Shown here one piece after another: positions 62,705 through 64,000 of a stretch of DNA of 64,000 nt (position 1 is the first letter of the stretch; every line of letters begins with the position of its first letter). The stretch lies in sequence record ON287375.1, one strand, 5' to 3'. The translations under genes were made by a program, and so were the position numbers. A model generated the notes under the pieces. It was not told where the DNA came from and did not search any database. It saw only the letters and a program-made list of their open reading frames with translations.

Positions 62705-64000
62705 TCAGGGATTACCTTATCTTTGACAAATTGATAACGGGAGATCATCGTCAGTTTAACTTTAGATGAACGTCTCGTAATATACAGTTTGCCGTCCTTG
62801 ATAACACGCTGAATACCTTTTGGTGGCATGCCATCTGGAGTAACAATTTCACCGGCTGCAAGCATCTCTTCTAGATCGAAGATAAACTTAACAGTGTCTT
62901 TGGACATCATCCCAGCTTGAGAATCAGTAGAAGGAATCAACTGATAGTCAGGGAAGATATCGCGGATCTTATCACGACCTGCATGGTTCTTAGGTTTACC
63001 TACAAATGCCATATGAGCTGACTTATACAGGTGTGGTACAATCTGCGTCGATTCTATGACGCTGTTCTCGCCCCAGAGGCTTGCATACTTCTTAGGAAGA
63101 GTTAAACCATCCTTAACAGTATAGATCGGGGTGTAAGTCGAACCAGCGATAGTTTCGTTCTCAAGACCAATTTCATTCCAATAAGGAACGATGGCAAATT
63201 CCAGTGGGTTGAACAGATCTGGGATAATGTCAGCCCATTCCTCTTCGGTATGTTTGGAGTGCGTGAGAATGCATTCCTTGATTTTCTCATACGTTTCTTC
63301 TTCCGCGTCATTAGGGTTACCATAATAAATGATAGTCCAATCGCCACGGTTATAATGAGGGACGTTGATTAAATCATAAATATCGAAAGACATTACAATA
63401 CGTGCAGTATACGGATTGGTATTATCACCAACCAGTTTCTGTACACGTTCTTCGATCATGGCCGTTGTTTCATCGGCCAGGCGTTGACCAACTTGCTTAT
63501 AGTTTTTATCAGCAAGGAAATCGATATCGTCGATCGGAATTGGGTGAATAACGTAGATTTCACGATATGGGAATTCAACGCGGAAATATTCGTTCGCAAA
63601 CCAGATCTTGAATTCGCAAGTTACTTTACCTACAGTTAGAGCGAAGGAAATACTAGACGGCAACCAAATTGCGTTATTGGTGACCATCACGCTAACATCT
63701 TTCCATTCCCACCCTTTAGTGTAGGTTGCTTTGAGTAATTGGAGACAACCCTGAGAAGAGTCAGTTGTTTTGTTTTGAGTGGCTTGGTCATACAACCACT
63801 TACACATGTTGATAACTGGTGTAACAAAATCCTGAGGAACTTTCTCGAACATGGAAGTATCAGATACACCACGAAACACATGGAGATCGACCGGGTTATC
63901 AGGACCGAAATAAATATCAGGTTCTTTGGAGTAAGTCATCGTACTGTTGGTTAGTTCACCAATGGGAGAGGTGGAACCATTGATTACCAAGTCGTGAATT
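62701..64000 (-). CDS. phiKZ-like virion structural protein, 5'-partial
   Basis: Frame is open to the window edge (IHDLVINGSTSPIGELTNSTMTYSKE); the SPIGEL...TYS motif is recalled from phiKZ-related virion proteins. Confidence 0.7.
   Translation of the reverse strand, partial: IHDLVINGSTSPIGELTNSTMTYSKEPDIYFGPDNPVDLHVFRGVSDTSMFEKVPQDFVTPVINMCKWLYDQATQNKTTDSSQGCLQLLKATYTKGWEWKDVSVMVTNNAIWLPSSISFALTVGKVTCEFKIWFANEYFRVEFPYREIYVIHPIPIDDIDFLADKNYKQVGQRLADETTAMIEERVQKLVGDNTNPYTARIVMSFDIYDLINVPHYNRGDWTIIYYGNPNDAEEETYEKIKECILTHSKHTEEEWADIIPDLFNPLEFAIVPYWNEIGLENETIAGSTYTPIYTVKDGLTLPKKYASLWGENSVIESTQIVPHLYKSAHMAFVGKPKNHAGRDKIRDIFPDYQLIPSTDSQAGMMSKDTVKFIFDLEEMLAAGEIVTPDGMPPKGIQRVIKDGKLYITRRSSKVKLTMISRYQFVKDKVIPE

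Noticed and set aside
1-64000. CRISPR array or long tandem DNA repeat array
   Set aside because: Recurrent motifs are dispersed promoters and terminators, not regularly spaced repeats with unique spacers; no cas genes
1-64000. Stop-codon reassignment (alternative genetic code)
   Set aside because: Known genes (nrdB, thyA, folA, tdk, groEL) are full length in code 11 and coding density is already near-complete

Overview
A 64-kb segment of a large, AT-rich lytic bacteriophage genome. It is most consistent with a phiKZ-related (Chimalliviridae-like) jumbo myophage of an Enterobacterales host; this is inferred from a phage-type GroEL-like chaperonin, phiKZ-style virion genes, phiKZ-like early and late promoter motifs, and an E. 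coli-like NrdB. Plus-strand blocks (1-14.7 kb and 42-62 kb) are early/accessory operons of mostly hypothetical, often membrane or exported proteins. They also carry nucleotide-metabolism genes (thyA, DHFR, tdk, a HAD nucleotidase, a metallophosphoesterase), a ClpP-like protease, a chaperonin, a GIY-YIG nuclease and HTH proteins. These operons are punctuated by a repeated terminator + palindromic promoter cassette. A 26-kb minus-strand late block (14.7-40.5 kb) encodes six very large Ig-like repeat proteins. The strongest candidate for an undescribed system is a chain of four genes (3373, 1549, 1071 and ~492 aa). Each of the first three proteins ends with only the first strand(s) of an Ig-like domain, and the next protein starts with the rest of that domain, which suggests a ~6,500-aa fibre assembled by inter-protein strand complementation. 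Other notable items are a conserved N-terminal domain shared by four dispersed late proteins, a peptidoglycan-binding-like/GNAT fusion with a stand-alone paralog, and a fimbrial-subunit-like exported protein. No tRNA, CRISPR array, integrase/transposase or reverse transcriptase was recognised. All family assignments are from motif recognition by eye; no database search was run.
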